The notes under the pieces were generated by a model. That model saw only the letters and a list, made by a program, of their open reading frames with translations. It had not been told where the DNA came from and made no database searches. DNA of 64,000 nucleotides from an uncultured Planctomycetaceae bacterium (GTDB lineage Bacteria; Planctomycetota; Planctomycetia; Planctomycetales; Planctomycetaceae): positions 1-64,000 of the forward strand of contig CAWFAK010000017.1 in NCBI GenBank assembly GCA_963813715.1, read 5' to 3'. Below are positions 40,253-52,614 of this stretch, in pieces (within the stretch, counting starts at the first letter, position 1; the number at the start of each line of letters is the position of its first letter). The position numbers and the translations under genes were made by a program.

Positions 40253-42385
40253 TCACTTCCCGATGACGAGCAGGCTGTTGTTGTGCGGGCCGACTTGCAC
40301 CGGGTTTCCGGGGTCGACGCGGCCTTTCTTGCCGTCGACGAAGAACCGGTACTCATGGCGGCCGGTGGGCAGTTCGACCGACGCGGAGTAGAAGCCGTTC
40401 TTGTCGGGCCCCGACATCCGGGTCTGGTCTTTCTTCCAGCCGTTGAACGAACCGGCGAGGTACAGCGACTTCGGCGGCTTCGACGGACGGTAGCGAAAGA
40501 CGGCTTCGTAGCGGTCTTTGCCCTTCGGCGTCACTTGCGGAAGTCCCAGCGTAAAGTCCTGGTTGGCCGGGCAGTAGTAGAACGAGCCGACCATCATTTC
40601 GTCCCACGTCTGATCGCCCCAGTGGACGGAGCGCATCGGATCGGGGTTCGCGAGGTTGTCGGCCGAGTTGTCGAAGACGGCTTCGCAAAGCAAGTGTGAG
40701 CCAGCCGGCATCAGCTTGGGCTCGGCCAGCCAATACACGTTCTGCCAGTTGAAGTCGTAGTGCGGCACGTCCAACAGCACTTCCCGCTTGCCGCCGGGGT
40801 AAATGGCCGTGTAGCGGAACGCTTTGCCGCGAAAATGCATGTGAGGCAGCATGGCGTAGATCAACGTGTCTTCGTCAAAGTCGTCATCGGCGTCGAGGCG
40901 AAAGTCGTTGGCGCCCGGGGGAATCAGGAACTGGAAGTTGACGATGGCCCCCATCTTCAGCTCTTTGCGAATCTTGGTCGGGTCGTCGAAGACCAAGCCG
41001 ACTTCGCTCTGATCCCACTGTTCGCTGCCGTTGGGCGTGTAGTGCATTTGGAAGACCAGCTTCGAGCCGGCCGGGATGCGACGCGAAACACCGTCGGGCG
41101 GAACCATCGCCGGCGTGCCCGGAGCGAATGAGCCGATGGTGCGAAACAGCGGATCCTCGGGGCGCGGCTCTTTCTGCTCGGGCGGCACGAAGAACAGCAC
41201 CATGTGGTGCACGACCGACGCGTTGCCCGCGTGGCCTTCGCTTTCGCGAATCCAGACGTCGTGCTTAAAGCCGGGGTCGATGGTGAAGTACTGGTACTGC
41301 ACGATGCCTGTCGCACGCACTTTGAACGGCTTGGGCATCCGCACAACCAGGTCAGGCTTGGAAATCCGCCAGCCACTGGCAAACGCCGGCTTGGGCGACT
41401 CGTGAAGAGCGGCCGACGACGTGCCTTCGCGCGTGCCCTCGGGGGTTCCATTGTCGATCCAGGTGCAGAGCAACTGGCGTTCTTCGTCGGAAAGCCGGCA
41501 ATCGTTGGAGAACTTGCCGTACTGCGGATTGGCGAACCAGGGAGGCATCCGCCGGGCTTCGACCACTTCGCGAATGGTGTCGGCCCAGCCCGATGCGTCG
41601 GCATAGGTGTTGAGCGCGAATGGGGCGATCTCGCCCGCCTGGTGACAGCTCACGCAGCGCGACTGCAGGATCGGCGCGACCTGCTTCGCGTAGGTCACGT
41701 CGCCTTTGGGCTGGCGGTTCACGCGACCGATGCGACAGCCAACCGATTCGACCGCCGCGGTCTGCACGTTCCTGCCGTCCAGCACTGCGTCGAGCGCGTC
41801 TTCGAGCCAGCGATGGACCGGTTTGTTGCGGCCGTAGCCGATGCCGAACTGATCGTCGATTCGTCCCCAATACCGCACAACGTGCCCGCGATCGAGCAAA
41901 AAGATCTCCGGCGTGCGCCGCGCCGAATTCGTCGGCGACCTTGGTGCCCAGATCGCGCAGGATCGGGAACCCGACTTTATGCACTCTCTGAAAGTGTTCG
42001 AGCTCTGCCAGCGTGTCCTGCGGATTCGCGTCGATGCCGACAAACTGCACCCGCTTGTCGGCGTACTTTTGCGCCATCGCGTCGAGCTTCGGTGCGTACT
42101 GCCGCGCTAGCGGACACTCGGCGCACAAAAAGACGACGACGATCGCCTGCTTGTCTTTCCAATCGTCCAGCGATCGAGGCGCTCCCAGCACGTCGCGCAG
42201 GGCCAGATGCTCGATCCGCCGGCCGACGGGCGAGGTCTGCGTTGCCGACGCGCCGGAAGGGTCGAGGCCTTAAGCTCGGGCTTTCCCAGCGTCCGATTTT
42301 GCGGTGCGGGATTTTGGGGGGTGGGAAGTGGCGTGGCCGAGAGCAGCAGCGTCAACAGGAGCGATGAGGAAGCGCCTACCGTCAT
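40253..42385 (-). CDS. Redoxin + c-type heme + Cu type II ascorbate-dependent monooxygenase-like + C-terminal CBM48/AMPK-type glycogen-binding domain; 2 frameshifts (~42215, ~41915)
   Basis: FLCAECP, YWGRIDDQ, CVSCH, VHHMV, QMHY, PHMHFRG, WDEMM, LYLAGSFNGW..LPTGRHEYRFFVDG..DP.NP. Confidence 0.85.
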
Positions 42386-42801
42386 CGACTGTCTCCCAGG
42401 GCGCACACCGACCCTCCTGGCCGTCGGCGTCCCGCTTAAGAAATCTCATCCGCGAGATGGGAGTGACCAAACCTTGTCGGCAAAAAAACTGCGGAAACTT
42501 GTTGAAATGAAACGGCCGCACGCGACAACGCGGCCTCCCGGTTCGTTTTCCGATGCTCGTCGGCAAAGGCGGCCCGGTCCGACGCCGGAACGTCGAACGG
42601 GGGTCGGTAATTTGTAAGGCCCGGTCGCAGAGCGTTGGCCCGCATTTGCGAAGATTTCAACTGCGACCGGGCCAGATCAGTAAACGGTGGCTCGCGGAGG
42701 TGGGCTGCTCGAGGCGAAGACGATTCGAGTGAACCGCGCCGCAAGTCCCCGTGATGGACGGATTTTCATCTCGAGAACGATCCGATACAGTTCAGTACGC
42801 G

Positions 42802-43886
42802 ATGAATACCCTTCCCCCGCCCCGTCCGGTTTCACGACCCCCGTTGAAATACGGCACACTCGCCCTTTCCTCGCGATATTTGCTGTCGCCGCTGGCCGGA
42901 TTCACAAATTTGTCATTTCGGCGGACGGTTCGGCGGATTGGCGGCGTCGGCCTGACGACCACGGACCTGGTAAACGCCCGGGGCCTGTTGGGGGGCAGCC
43001 CCAAAACTCTCTCGATGATCGAGACGTGTTCCGAGGAATTCCCGTTTGCCGTGCAAATTTTCGGCAGCGAGCCCCCGATCCTCCGGGAGGCGGCCCAATT
43101 CCTGGAAGCTCGCGGCGTGCACTCGGTCGATATCAACATGGGTTGCCCGGTCGAACGGATCACCAAGAACGGCTCGGGGGCCAGCCTGATGTGCCGACCG
43201 GCCGATACGATCGACCTGGTGCGGCACGTCGTCGAAGGGGTGAACATTCCGGTCACGGTGAAGATGCGGCTCGGCTGGGACAGTTCGCAGATCACGGCCC
43301 CCAAGTTTGCGGCCGAATTCGAGCAAGTGGGCGTGGCCGCCATCGCCATCCACGGCCGCACGCGAGCACAGGGCTTTAGCGGCCAGGTGGACCGCGACGG
43401 CATCCGTCGCGTGGTCGAGGCCGTGTCGCGAATTCCGATCGTCGGCAATGGGGATATTCGCACCATTGCCGACGCGGCCCGCATGTTCGAGGAGACGGGT
43501 TGTGCGGCCATTTCGATCGGCCGCGGGGCGCTGGCCAATCCGTGGATCTTCCGGCAGCTCGTCCAATGGGAAGAGACCGGCCGCTACGATCCGCCCGGCA
43601 ACTTCGAGGAGCGGCTCGAACTGCTCCAGCAGCAGTTCGACTACCTGGCCGAGCTTCGCGGCACGCGATCGGCGATTTCGATGTTTCGCAAAACGGCCCA
43701 CTGGTACTTGAAGGCGATGCGGGTGCCGCGCGGCTCCGCGCCCGCTTTCAAACGGCCGCCGACGCGGCCGAGATCGAGGCCGCCCTGGCGGCCATTCAGG
43801 ACCATGGACCGATCGGCGGCGATCGCACCGGCGTGCTGCCCGATCTGCAGGTTCCTGTCCCCTCGGGCCCGGTCGAACGCTGGTGA
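42802..43886 (+). CDS. dusB: tRNA-dihydrouridine synthase; frameshift ~43730
   Basis: SPLAG, QIFG, DINMGCPV, VTVKMRLGW, HGRT, GNGDI, GRGALANPW. Confidence 0.9.
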
Positions 43887-43996
43887 GCAGTTCTTCCGGG
43901 CGATTGGCGCCGCTGGATTTTCGGTGGAGCTGAGCCTAACCTTACAACCTGTTCATTCCAGTCTGCAGTCGTTCGACACACATCGGGAGCCAGGGC

Positions 43997-45381
43997 ATGC
44001 GGAGTCGTTGGATCGCGACGATTCGAATTCTCGGAGTCGCAACGGGTGCGTGGGGGCTCTTGGTTTCGTCTTTGATTGCCGCCGATAATTGGCCGCAGTT
44101 CCGCGGTCCGGGGGCGCGCGGAATCAGCGACGAGCGCGATCTGCCCGAGGTCTGGAGCAAGAGCGAGAATGTGGCGTGGGTGACCAAGATCGCCGGCCGT
44201 GGCTGGTCTTCCCCCATCGTGTGGGGCGACAAGGTGTTCATCACCTCGGCCATCCAGGTGGACGGCAAGGCCGAGAAGGTGAAGACGGGGCTCTACTTCG
44301 GCGGCGATCGGAAAACCCCGAAAGTCCCGTACCGCTACATCGTCGTCTGCCTCGATTTCAACACGGGCAAGGTTCTCTGGGAAAAGACGGCCTTCGAAGG
44401 CGTTCCCAAGTTCGGACATCACCTCAAGAACTCGATGGCGTCCGAAACGCCGGTCACCGACGGCGAGCGCATTTACGCGTATTTCGGCAACGTGGGCCTG
44501 TTTGCCTACGACCTCGACGGCAACCAGAAATGGACCCGCGAGCTCGGCTCGTATCCGATGGCGCTCAACTGGGGGACCGCGTCTTCGCCGGCACTCAGCG
44601 ACGGGCGGCTTTACGTGATCGACGACAACGAGAAACACTCGTTTCTCTCGGCGATCGATGCCGTCACCGGGCAAGGAGCTGTGGCGGAAGGATCGCGACG
44701 AGAAATCGAATTGGGCAACCCCCTACGTGTGGAAGAACGAAAAACGAACCGAGATCGTCACCTGCGGCGTGAAGCGCGTTCGCTCGTACGACACGGACGG
44801 CAACTTGCTGTGGGAGCTGTCGGGGATGTCGTCGATCGTCATCCCCACGCCCTTCGCGGCCGATGGGTTGCTGTACGTGACCTCGGGGTACGTCCTCTCG
44901 CCGAAGAAGCCGCTGTTTGCGATCAAGCCGGGGGCATCGGGCGACATTTCGCTCAACGCGGACAAGAAAGAGACGTCCAACGCGCACATCGCCTGGTCCA
45001 ATCCCAAGGCCGGTCCGTACAACGTCTCGCCCGTGCTGTATAAGGACGTGATTTACGTCCTGTACGACCGGGGGTTTCTGGCGGCGTTCAATGCGCGGAC
45101 AGGGGAGCCGCTTTACGAGCCGCCGCTTGCGCAGTCTAGGGGCGAGCGAGCACTACACCGCCTCGCCCTGGGCTTACAACGACAAGATCTTCTGCCTGAG
45201 CGAGGAGGGGCAGACCGCCGTTGTGCAGACCGGGGGCACCAAGCCAAAGATTCTCCGCAAGAACGATCTCGACGAGCTCTGCATGGCGACGCCCGCGATC
45301 GTCCGTGGCAGCCTGCTGATCCGCACCGAGTCGCAACTTTATCGCATCACCGCGAAAAACCGCGTGGCGCTTGCGCCATGA
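43997..45381 (+). CDS. PQQ-binding-like beta-propeller protein (planctomycete expanded family); 2 frameshifts (~44670, ~45135)
   Basis: NWPQFRGP, GWSSPIVWGDKVF, TPVTDGERIY, ASP and MATPAI repeats. Confidence 0.88.
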
Positions 45382-45478
45382 CGGGCGATCGCACGCCGCT
45401 CGGGGCAACCTTGAGTCGTCGCGGGCCGGCGTTTAGTATGCTTGGGACCTTTGCTCGCGCGTGAAGGACGTCGTCTCT

Positions 45479-46069
45479 ATGTCCCATCCCACTTACCGGG
45501 CGATCCTACTCTTCGGCGCACCGGGTGTCGGAAAAGGGACGCAGGGGCAGCGCATCGGACAATTGCCCCACTTTCGCCACGTGTCGATGGGTGAAGTCTT
45601 TCGTTCGGTCGATGGTGATTCGCCGCTCGGGAAGGAGGTCCGTTCCTACACCGAGCGCGGCGTGCTTGTCCCCGACGAGCTGACAATCCGCATTTTTCAA
45701 CATTCAGTCGCCCGGCTCGTAGCCTTGAAGCAGTTCGACCCGGCTTGCGACACCCTGGCCCTCGACGGCATTCCCCGCAACGTCAACCAGGCCCAGAACC
45801 TTAACGGAGCGCTCGACGTCGCCCGCATCATCTACCTGGTCAGCTCGGACGAGCGGGTGATGATTGACCGCATGAAGCGCCGGGCCGAAGTCGAGGGCCG
45901 CAAGGACGATGCGGACGACAAGGTCATTCGCCGCCGCCTCGAAGTTTATCGGCAGGAGACGAAACCCGTGCTGGACTTCTACCCGCGCGAGTTGATTGCC
46001 CAAATCGACGCGCTGGGGACTCCGGACGAAGTGACGGCGGCTATCAAGAAGGAGCTGGCTCGTTCATGA
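45479..46069 (+). CDS. adk: Adenylate kinase (short LID type)
   Basis: GAPGVGKGTQ, GVLVPD, LDGIPRN, GRKDD..VIRRRL. Confidence 0.9.
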   Translation: MSHPTYRAILLFGAPGVGKGTQGQRIGQLPHFRHVSMGEVFRSVDGDSPLGKEVRSYTERGVLVPDELTIRIFQHSVARLVALKQFDPACDTLALDGIPRNVNQAQNLNGALDVARIIYLVSSDERVMIDRMKRRAEVEGRKDDADDKVIRRRLEVYRQETKPVLDFYPRELIAQIDALGTPDEVTAAIKKELARS

Positions 46070-46444
46070 TCCGCAAAAGTCTGCGCGCTGTTCGAACGGA
46101 GGATGTTCTCTCGATCTCGGAATGCGGCAGTGACTTTGGGGGCGGAATTGGGCAGAACGGGCGGGCGGCGGCGCCGCGGTAACCGCGGAATTCCGGGAGC
46201 GGCCGGCTCCGGCTTCTCCCCCTTCCGGGCGATCGCTAGAATGCGACGTTTGCCGTTCGATCAACGCCACGCGATCAGAAAGCGAGTGACTCTGTGTCGA
46301 AGACCCAGCGCAAACTGAAGAAGGCCAATCATGGCAAGCGGCCGGCCAGTGCCAAGGCCCGGCGGCTGAAGCGCCGGCAGATACGCACCTAAGCTCGCGC
46401 AGTCGTCGAGCCGCGTCAGACTTCGTCTGGAACGTCCCGCAGGC

Positions 46445-47774
46445 TTAATCTTCGCCCGGAATGCTGTCCGGGCCGCGGGATCTGCGGAAGCGGAACCCGC
46501 CGCCACCTCGGCCGTCCCGATCGCCGCGCGCTTCGCGTTCGCCTTCGGCACCGTCGAGAGCGCCGCACCGCGCCAGGCCCGCCAAACGGGGGACGTCCGC
46601 CGGGAAAGCCGCCCGGTCCCCCGCCCGGCATGTCACCCAGGTCCATCATGTCCATGCCGCTCGAGAGGTCGTCGGCTCGGACCATCGAACGCAGATCTTT
46701 GCCGATGTTGAGCTGGTAGACGTCGTTGCCGCGCTTGATGTGGATGTATTTGGGTTCGACGGCCACGACCGTTCCCTGAATGTCGCCGATGGAGATTTCA
46801 GTCCCCTTGCGGACGACGGTCTGCGCTTTGGTCTGGGCGTTATAAAGGCAGGCACTCTGGTCGTCAGGCTCGGCGACGGAGGCCATAAGCCGCGTCTGGC
46901 GGGCCGGATCGTTCGGATCAATCGTGCGAGTGACCGCCCCCGGCTTGACGAACGGATTGGCGACGAGCGCTTTGCGCACGTCTTCGAGCTTGATGTCTTT
47001 GCGTTCGGGCCGAACTGGATAGATCTCGACCTCCGATTTCGGGGGGTGCGACGCTTTTGTGGTTCCCTCGAGAGCACGCTTGACGGTCCATTTGTCGCCG
47101 TCGACTTTCGTGACGAGCACCAGCTCCTTCTCGATGCGAAGGCCGAACCCGGGTTCCGTGGGAAAGCCTTCGGTGGAGACGACCTTGGCCGTGTCGAAGC
47201 TCCGGGGAAGCGATTCGGCCAGCGTGGTGCGGGCCAAAAGCCGCGTCTTCGGGGCGCTGTCGTCAAACAGCAAGCCCTCGGCAACCATCGTGACCTTGAG
47301 CGGACCGGATGTCTTGGGCCCCTCCACCTTGATGCTGGCGATGCGATGCAAGAGCGCGATCCGCTGGAACTCGTGGAGGAACGTGGTCAATTGTTCGAAC
47401 GTCCCCTCCCCGGTCACCTTGACGCTGATGCTCTTCCAGCCGGGACCGTTCGCCTGCCGCTGCTCGGGAGTGACGTGCAGTTGCGTGATTCCGGAAGTCT
47501 GGCCGAGATCAGTGAGCCATTGTTGATAAAGGCGCAGTGCCTCGAGGGGCTCGTTGGGCAGGCTGCGGTCGCGCCAGTCGCCCATTTTCTTCATCGTGTT
47601 GAGCAGGTTCTGCTCTTTGGCGGAGACGTTCGCCTGAGTTTCTTTAACGAGCGCGAGCTTGTCTTTGCGTTCGTCGAGTCGACCAAGAAAGATCCGGTGG
47701 ACAATCCCCGACCCGTACCAGGCGAGCACGGCGCTGATCAACAGGAGCGCCAGGATTTTTTCGCGACGTTGCAT
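46445..47774 (-). CDS. GspM/PilO-like protein fused to an inserted beta domain and a GspC/PilP-like C-terminal domain; frameshift in the Gly-rich tail
   Basis: N-terminal TM plus coiled coil; GTFEQLTTFLHEFQRIALLHRI PilO motif; last gene of the T2SS operon. Confidence 0.7.
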
Positions 47775-47816
47775 TGGATTGAATTCTTTGGGCCGGTGGC
47801 CTCTTGAGTATTGCGG

Positions 47817-49638
47817 TTAGCCCTTGCTCGTCGGCGGTTCGGGCATTGGCGACGGACCGTTCGTGCCGGTGTCCATTGCGGGCTGTCCCTCGACTTCGGG
47901 CATCGGCATGGGATTGTCCGACTGTTGCCCGTTTGCCGGTTGGACGGCGGTCGGCGTCTGGACCGGCTCGTTGACGGCTTGTTGCGGCGCAGCGGCAGCC
48001 GCAGGCGCCGGGTTCGGCGCGGCCGGCGCCGGCGTGTTGCGAAGCGGTCGACGCCGGCGGCGGAGTCGACGTAGCGGGTGCGGACGCCGGCGCGCTCGAC
48101 GAGTTGCTCGGTGTGGCGGGAGGATGTGCTCCAGGTCGCGTGATGCCGGGGCCGGCTTTCGGCTCGGCCGCTCCCGCCGACTTGGGCACGATGTCGAGAT
48201 TCAGGTCAATTTTCACCGGATAGAGCCGATCGCTCGTGTCTTCGGAGATTTCCTTCGGCGTGACGCGAAAACCTTGGTCGTGCAGGTGGTCCTCGAAGTC
48301 GTCGACCTCGTTGGGCAGCTTCGCCCGGCCGGCGGCCACGATCGTCGCCAGCCTGTCGCGCGTGCCCACGTTCGCATCGAACATGGTGAGGTACAGCTTG
48401 TCGGCACCGCCCTTGGCTTGCTCGATCACGCGGAACTGCTCGAGCCAGTCGATATCACGCTGCGTCCAATCGTCGACCGAGCCGGCCGTCTCGAGCAGCG
48501 GGGCATTTTTCTTGAGCAGATCCTGGGCTTGCTTGTTGCTGGCGTCGATCTTGGCGATGTCGTCGTCCAACTGCCAGACCTTGCGTTGAATGGCCCCCCA
48601 GATGCCGATCAAGAGCAGCACTGCGGCCGCCGCCCCCAAGATCATGTAGAGCTTGCGGCGATCGGGCTTCGGGTGTTGGCGGCGCGGATGCAGAAAGTCG
48701 ACCGCGTCGATTTGCTGACTCGAGTGTTCCAGCAACAGGCCCAAAGCCGGCCAGGCCAGCGGAGCATCGAGCAGGGCAGAACCGGCTTCGTTCGTCACGC
48801 CCGGAGTCGAGGCGGGATCGGTCAGCACGTGGAATTTGAACTCGAACCGCTCGGAGAGCTTTTCGGCGAGCGGCGAGCGATCAGCGCGAGCGCCGATCAG
48901 CCAGCCGGACCCGATCTGCACGCCGGGCGCCGCCTGCGACAAAGCGACGGTCGCGCGGGCCGTCTCAGCCAGGATCTGTGCGAGCTGATCTTCGGGAGTG
49001 TCGTGAGCGGAGAGCGTGGCGGAGTGCATCAGCACGATGCGGCTCTGCCAGATGGCCGTCACCTCGACCCGCTGATCGACGCAGGTGACGACAACAATCG
49101 CGGGGTCCGCGGCCGCGCCCGACGCCCCCGTCTGGTGTGCAATGAGCTCGGCTGCACCGAGCGAGCTGAGTCCGATCGCCTCGGCCTGCAGTCCGGCGGC
49201 CGATAACAGCGTCTGCACGCGGTCGGCGAACGGTTTGCCGATCGTCGCCATCCAGACGCGACGTCCCGGCGCCTCTTCTAGCGCGGGCAACGGCAGGTAG
49301 TCGAGCAGGAGTTTTTCGAGCGGCACGGCCGAACGCGTGACGGCCTGGAAGCGGACCAGCTCGGGCAGCTCTTCGTCGCTGCATTCGGGCAGCTCGAGCA
49401 GCCGCACGATTGCCTCCTCGCGCGGCAGCGAAACGATCACCGGTCCGTTCGACGCGGAGACCAGATCAAGCTCCGCCCGCAGCCGCTTGCCGGCTGCTCC
49501 CGGCTGCTCCGAAGGAATCTCCCCTTCGGCCCATTTGAAGTCCAGGACCGCGCGAACCTGGACGTTTTTCGACGCCACGTGCGCCGCCACGCCCACCAGC
49601 CGCTGGTCGTCCCAATCGAGTGCAAGATAGTCGGCCAT
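47817..49638 (-). CDS. GspL/PilM-PilN-like assembly protein; frameshift in the Pro-rich tail (~48040)
   Basis: LALDW actin-like start, LPECSDEELPELVRFQA, DFLHPR + TM + coiled coil + DWLEQF PilN-like region. Confidence 0.8.
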
Positions 49639-49796
49639 CGATCTCTCGAAGTTAGTCCAAAGTCCGCCGTTCAGAACTCAAAGTCGACCGCACGAAACAG
49701 GCGCGTGTCACGCCTGATTGGGCGACCTTGGTGTTTGTGACGGATTCCTTAAGCCTAGGTCCATTTTACGGCTCGCCCGACCCCCCTGCCGGGCGG

Positions 49797-51530
49797 TCAA
49801 GGCACTCCTAACTGTTGTCGCGTAAATCCGCGGCCGAGTTCGCTCAGGTCGCGGATGTTGAGGATTCGCGCGGGCTGAACGGCCGCATCGATCACCGCTT
49901 CAAGCCGCACAACCGGCCCTCCGTCGTCAAAGTAGCCGACCGACTGGGCGCGGTAGACGTCGCCGCGGGCGGTCAGGTAGGGGTCGAGCCCCTGCATCGT
50001 GTTGGCGGAGCAGAACCCTTCCATCACCAGCCACGCATTGGTGGCCCGCGGGCTCTGCGAGCTGGCCGCCTGCGACGTGCTGCCGGCCGTTTGGGCGGCG
50101 CTGATCTGAGTGGCCAGTTGCACCGTCATATTCGGCAGGCCAAGCAGGACCTGGATCGGGGCGGTGTTGACGTTGATTCTGCCCTGGATGAACAGGTCGT
50201 CCGTGAGCGTCAGCTGATCGAGCAGTTGCGGGAGATACGTCACGATCTGGCTCTGTGAGGAGGAGAACGGACTGGTGAGCGTTGTCGCCCGGCCGTTGAC
50301 AGTTGCGCGGACCGTGCCGCCGATCACCTGGTAGACCGAGGTGAAGGTGTGGCTGCCGGTTGCTGGCGGCATGGGGATCTGTAGCCCGTCGCGCAGGGCG
50401 GTCTGACCGCTGTTCCGATTGCCGCGGCTGGGCGCGTTGCCCGAGCTGCCATTGGTCTGCCCGCTCGAGCCGCCGCCGGATCCGCCCCCCGAACTGCTGC
50501 TTGACGAAGAGCCCTTCGACGAACTGCTCCCTGAGGAACCACTCGAACCGCCCCCGGAGCCACCGCCGGAACCGCCGCGACCGCCGCCCCCGCCTCCGCC
50601 CCCGCTGCTGGTCGTGGCTGCGGCGCCGTTCATCCGCCAGGCCACGATGTACTGGGCCTGCTTCACGCCGAGCAAGCCGGCCAACTGGTCATAGAGCCCC
50701 GGCAGGTCCTGCTGATTGATATTGATCCGCGAAGAGCCATCCTGCTGAATGTTCCGCTCGGCACTGTAGACCGTAAAGTAGGCTGACCAACCGCGGTCGA
50801 AATACCCGTCGCCGTTGACGTCCTCGCCGGGATCCATGACGCCGTTGCGATTGAGGTCTTCACCATAGAGCAGAGCCGGCGTGACCCCTTTGACCAGCAG
50901 CAAGTCGTCGAGGCTTTGGAGCGGTCCGTTGGCGGCGCGGTACGGAGGCGAGAGGGTCGAATAGTAGTCGCTCTCGACGCCGTATTGGCGGGCCGTGTCA
51001 TCCGGATCGATGAAATCCAGGATGGCGTCGGCCAGGTCGTTGGTCATGTAGGGCAGGTTCAGGAGAAAGTTGCGGGCCGTGGTGTCGTTGATGTTCAGGG
51101 CCGAGTTCTGCTGCCACAAAGCCAGCGAGTTGAGATTCAGCTTGCCCGACTCGTCCGTCAGCCCGTAGCGCACGCCCTTGGCGGCAGGGTCACTGGAGTC
51201 GCCCGCGATGACGCTGAAGCGGCCGCGGCCGCGGGGAACGTCTGACTGCTTGACCACAACGGCCTCAAGCGCGTCGGGCCGGTTCATCACGAACTCAGGC
51301 TGCAGCCGCTCGGTCGGGTCGCTCAAGATGGTGACGGCCATGTCGATGCCCGACTCGGCGAAGGCGCGGGCCTGGGCCGAGCGACCGAAGCGGTTCGTGG
51401 CCTCGTTTTCGGCGACACACATCTCCACGAGCGTGTAGGCCGCCAGCGCCAACAGCACAATGATGACGAGGACGATCAGCAGGACGGTGGCCCGTCGAGA
51501 CGTAAACGGTTTGGAGATAGCTCGCTTCAT
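49797..51530 (-). CDS. gspK: Type II secretion minor pseudopilin GspK
   Basis: ATVLLIVLVIIVLL, DESGKLNLN, ADAILDFID.DD, LDDLLLVKGVT, GRINVNTAP. Confidence 0.9.
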   Translation of the reverse strand: MKRAISKPFTSRRATVLLIVLVIIVLLALAAYTLVEMCVAENEATNRFGRSAQARAFAESGIDMAVTILSDPTERLQPEFVMNRPDALEAVVVKQSDVPRGRGRFSVIAGDSSDPAAKGVRYGLTDESGKLNLNSLALWQQNSALNINDTTARNFLLNLPYMTNDLADAILDFIDPDDTARQYGVESDYYSTLSPPYRAANGPLQSLDDLLLVKGVTPALLYGEDLNRNGVMDPGEDVNGDGYFDRGWSAYFTVYSAERNIQQDGSSRININQQDLPGLYDQLAGLLGVKQAQYIVAWRMNGAAATTSSGGGGGGGGRGGSGGGSGGGSSGSSGSSSSKGSSSSSSSGGGSGGGSSGQTNGSSGNAPSRGNRNSGQTALRDGLQIPMPPATGSHTFTSVYQVIGGTVRATVNGRATTLTSPFSSSQSQIVTYLPQLLDQLTLTDDLFIQGRINVNTAPIQVLLGLPNMTVQLATQISAAQTAGSTSQAASSQSPRATNAWLVMEGFCSANTMQGLDPYLTARGDVYRAQSVGYFDDGGPVVRLEAVIDAAVQPARILNIRDLSELGRGFTRQQLGVP

Positions 51531-51550
51531 AGGGATCTTCACCGTTCGGG

Positions 51551-52604
51551 TCACTGGGACATGTTGGTAACGGTGCTGTTGATCGTTTGCTGCGAGATCG
51601 GTTGGGGCGCCGCCGAGCTTGTGATCGCAACGACGTGTCGATAGCTGCGGGACGCCTGGTCCTGGCTGGCCTGCGTCCGGGCGTTGTACGGATCGTTTTT
51701 CCCGACGCTGATTGTGATTTCGACCGCTTGTGGCAGGCTCTGCAAGGTCGCGCCGCTCCAACTCGTCTGCCAGGTGGTGCCGTCAAAGTAGCGAAAGCCG
51801 ATCGACTCGATCTCCGGTGCGACGACGCGGCGCGCACAGTGACGACGTCGACCCAGTTTCAATCGCGTAGCCGATCGCGGTCCGCTCGCCTTCCACACGC
51901 GCCAGTCCCGCGGTGATCTCTTTGCCATCGGGCGTCATCTGTCCGGAACCGCCGGCCGCCAAAATGGGAGACTGGGGGCCGCCCAACACAAAGTACGCGA
52001 CCACCTTCATGTCGCCGTGCACGCCCGCGATTTGCGAGGGACCGGCGCTTGAGGTCTGCGAAGCCGACTGTGCTCCCGTCTGTTGCTGGGCGGCCAGCGG
52101 GAGGGGATGCGGCGTCAGCGTGTTGAGGACCAGCGAATTAGCATCGCCATAGAGCCCGAACACGCTTCGCGAGTAGACGTATTGAAGCGGATCGGTGCCC
52201 TGAGCGCTTTGCGTGCTGGACGAACTGGAGCTCGAGCTGGAACTACTGCCGGAGCTGGAACCGCTCTTAGAGCCGGAGCTGCTGCTGCCAGAACTGCTGC
52301 TGCCAGAACTGGAGCCCGCGGTCGTTGTGGCGGTGGCGGCGATCGGCTGCGGGGGGACAACGTCGCGGAGATCGACTTCGAGCTTGGCAAAGACGGCCCG
52401 CACGAGCCGCGTTTCGCTCATATCGTCCGTGGCGGCCGTCGTCATCCGGCGGTACAAGTCGATCGCGGAGGCGATGCAAAGAATCAAAAGAGTGCTCAGC
52501 CCGACTGCCAGGATCACTTCGATCAACGTAAAGGCCGCGCGGCTGCGCCGACGGCCGGCGGGCCTGCGCACTTTACGCATTGATTGGAGGGTCAGCTGCT
52601 TCAC
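51551..52604 (-). CDS. gspJ: Pseudopilin GspJ-like; frameshift ~51830
   Basis: AFTLIEVIL N-methylation motif; C-terminal APEIESIGFRYFDGTTW..LPQAVEITI. Confidence 0.8.
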
Positions 52605-52614
52605 GGGGCGATTC

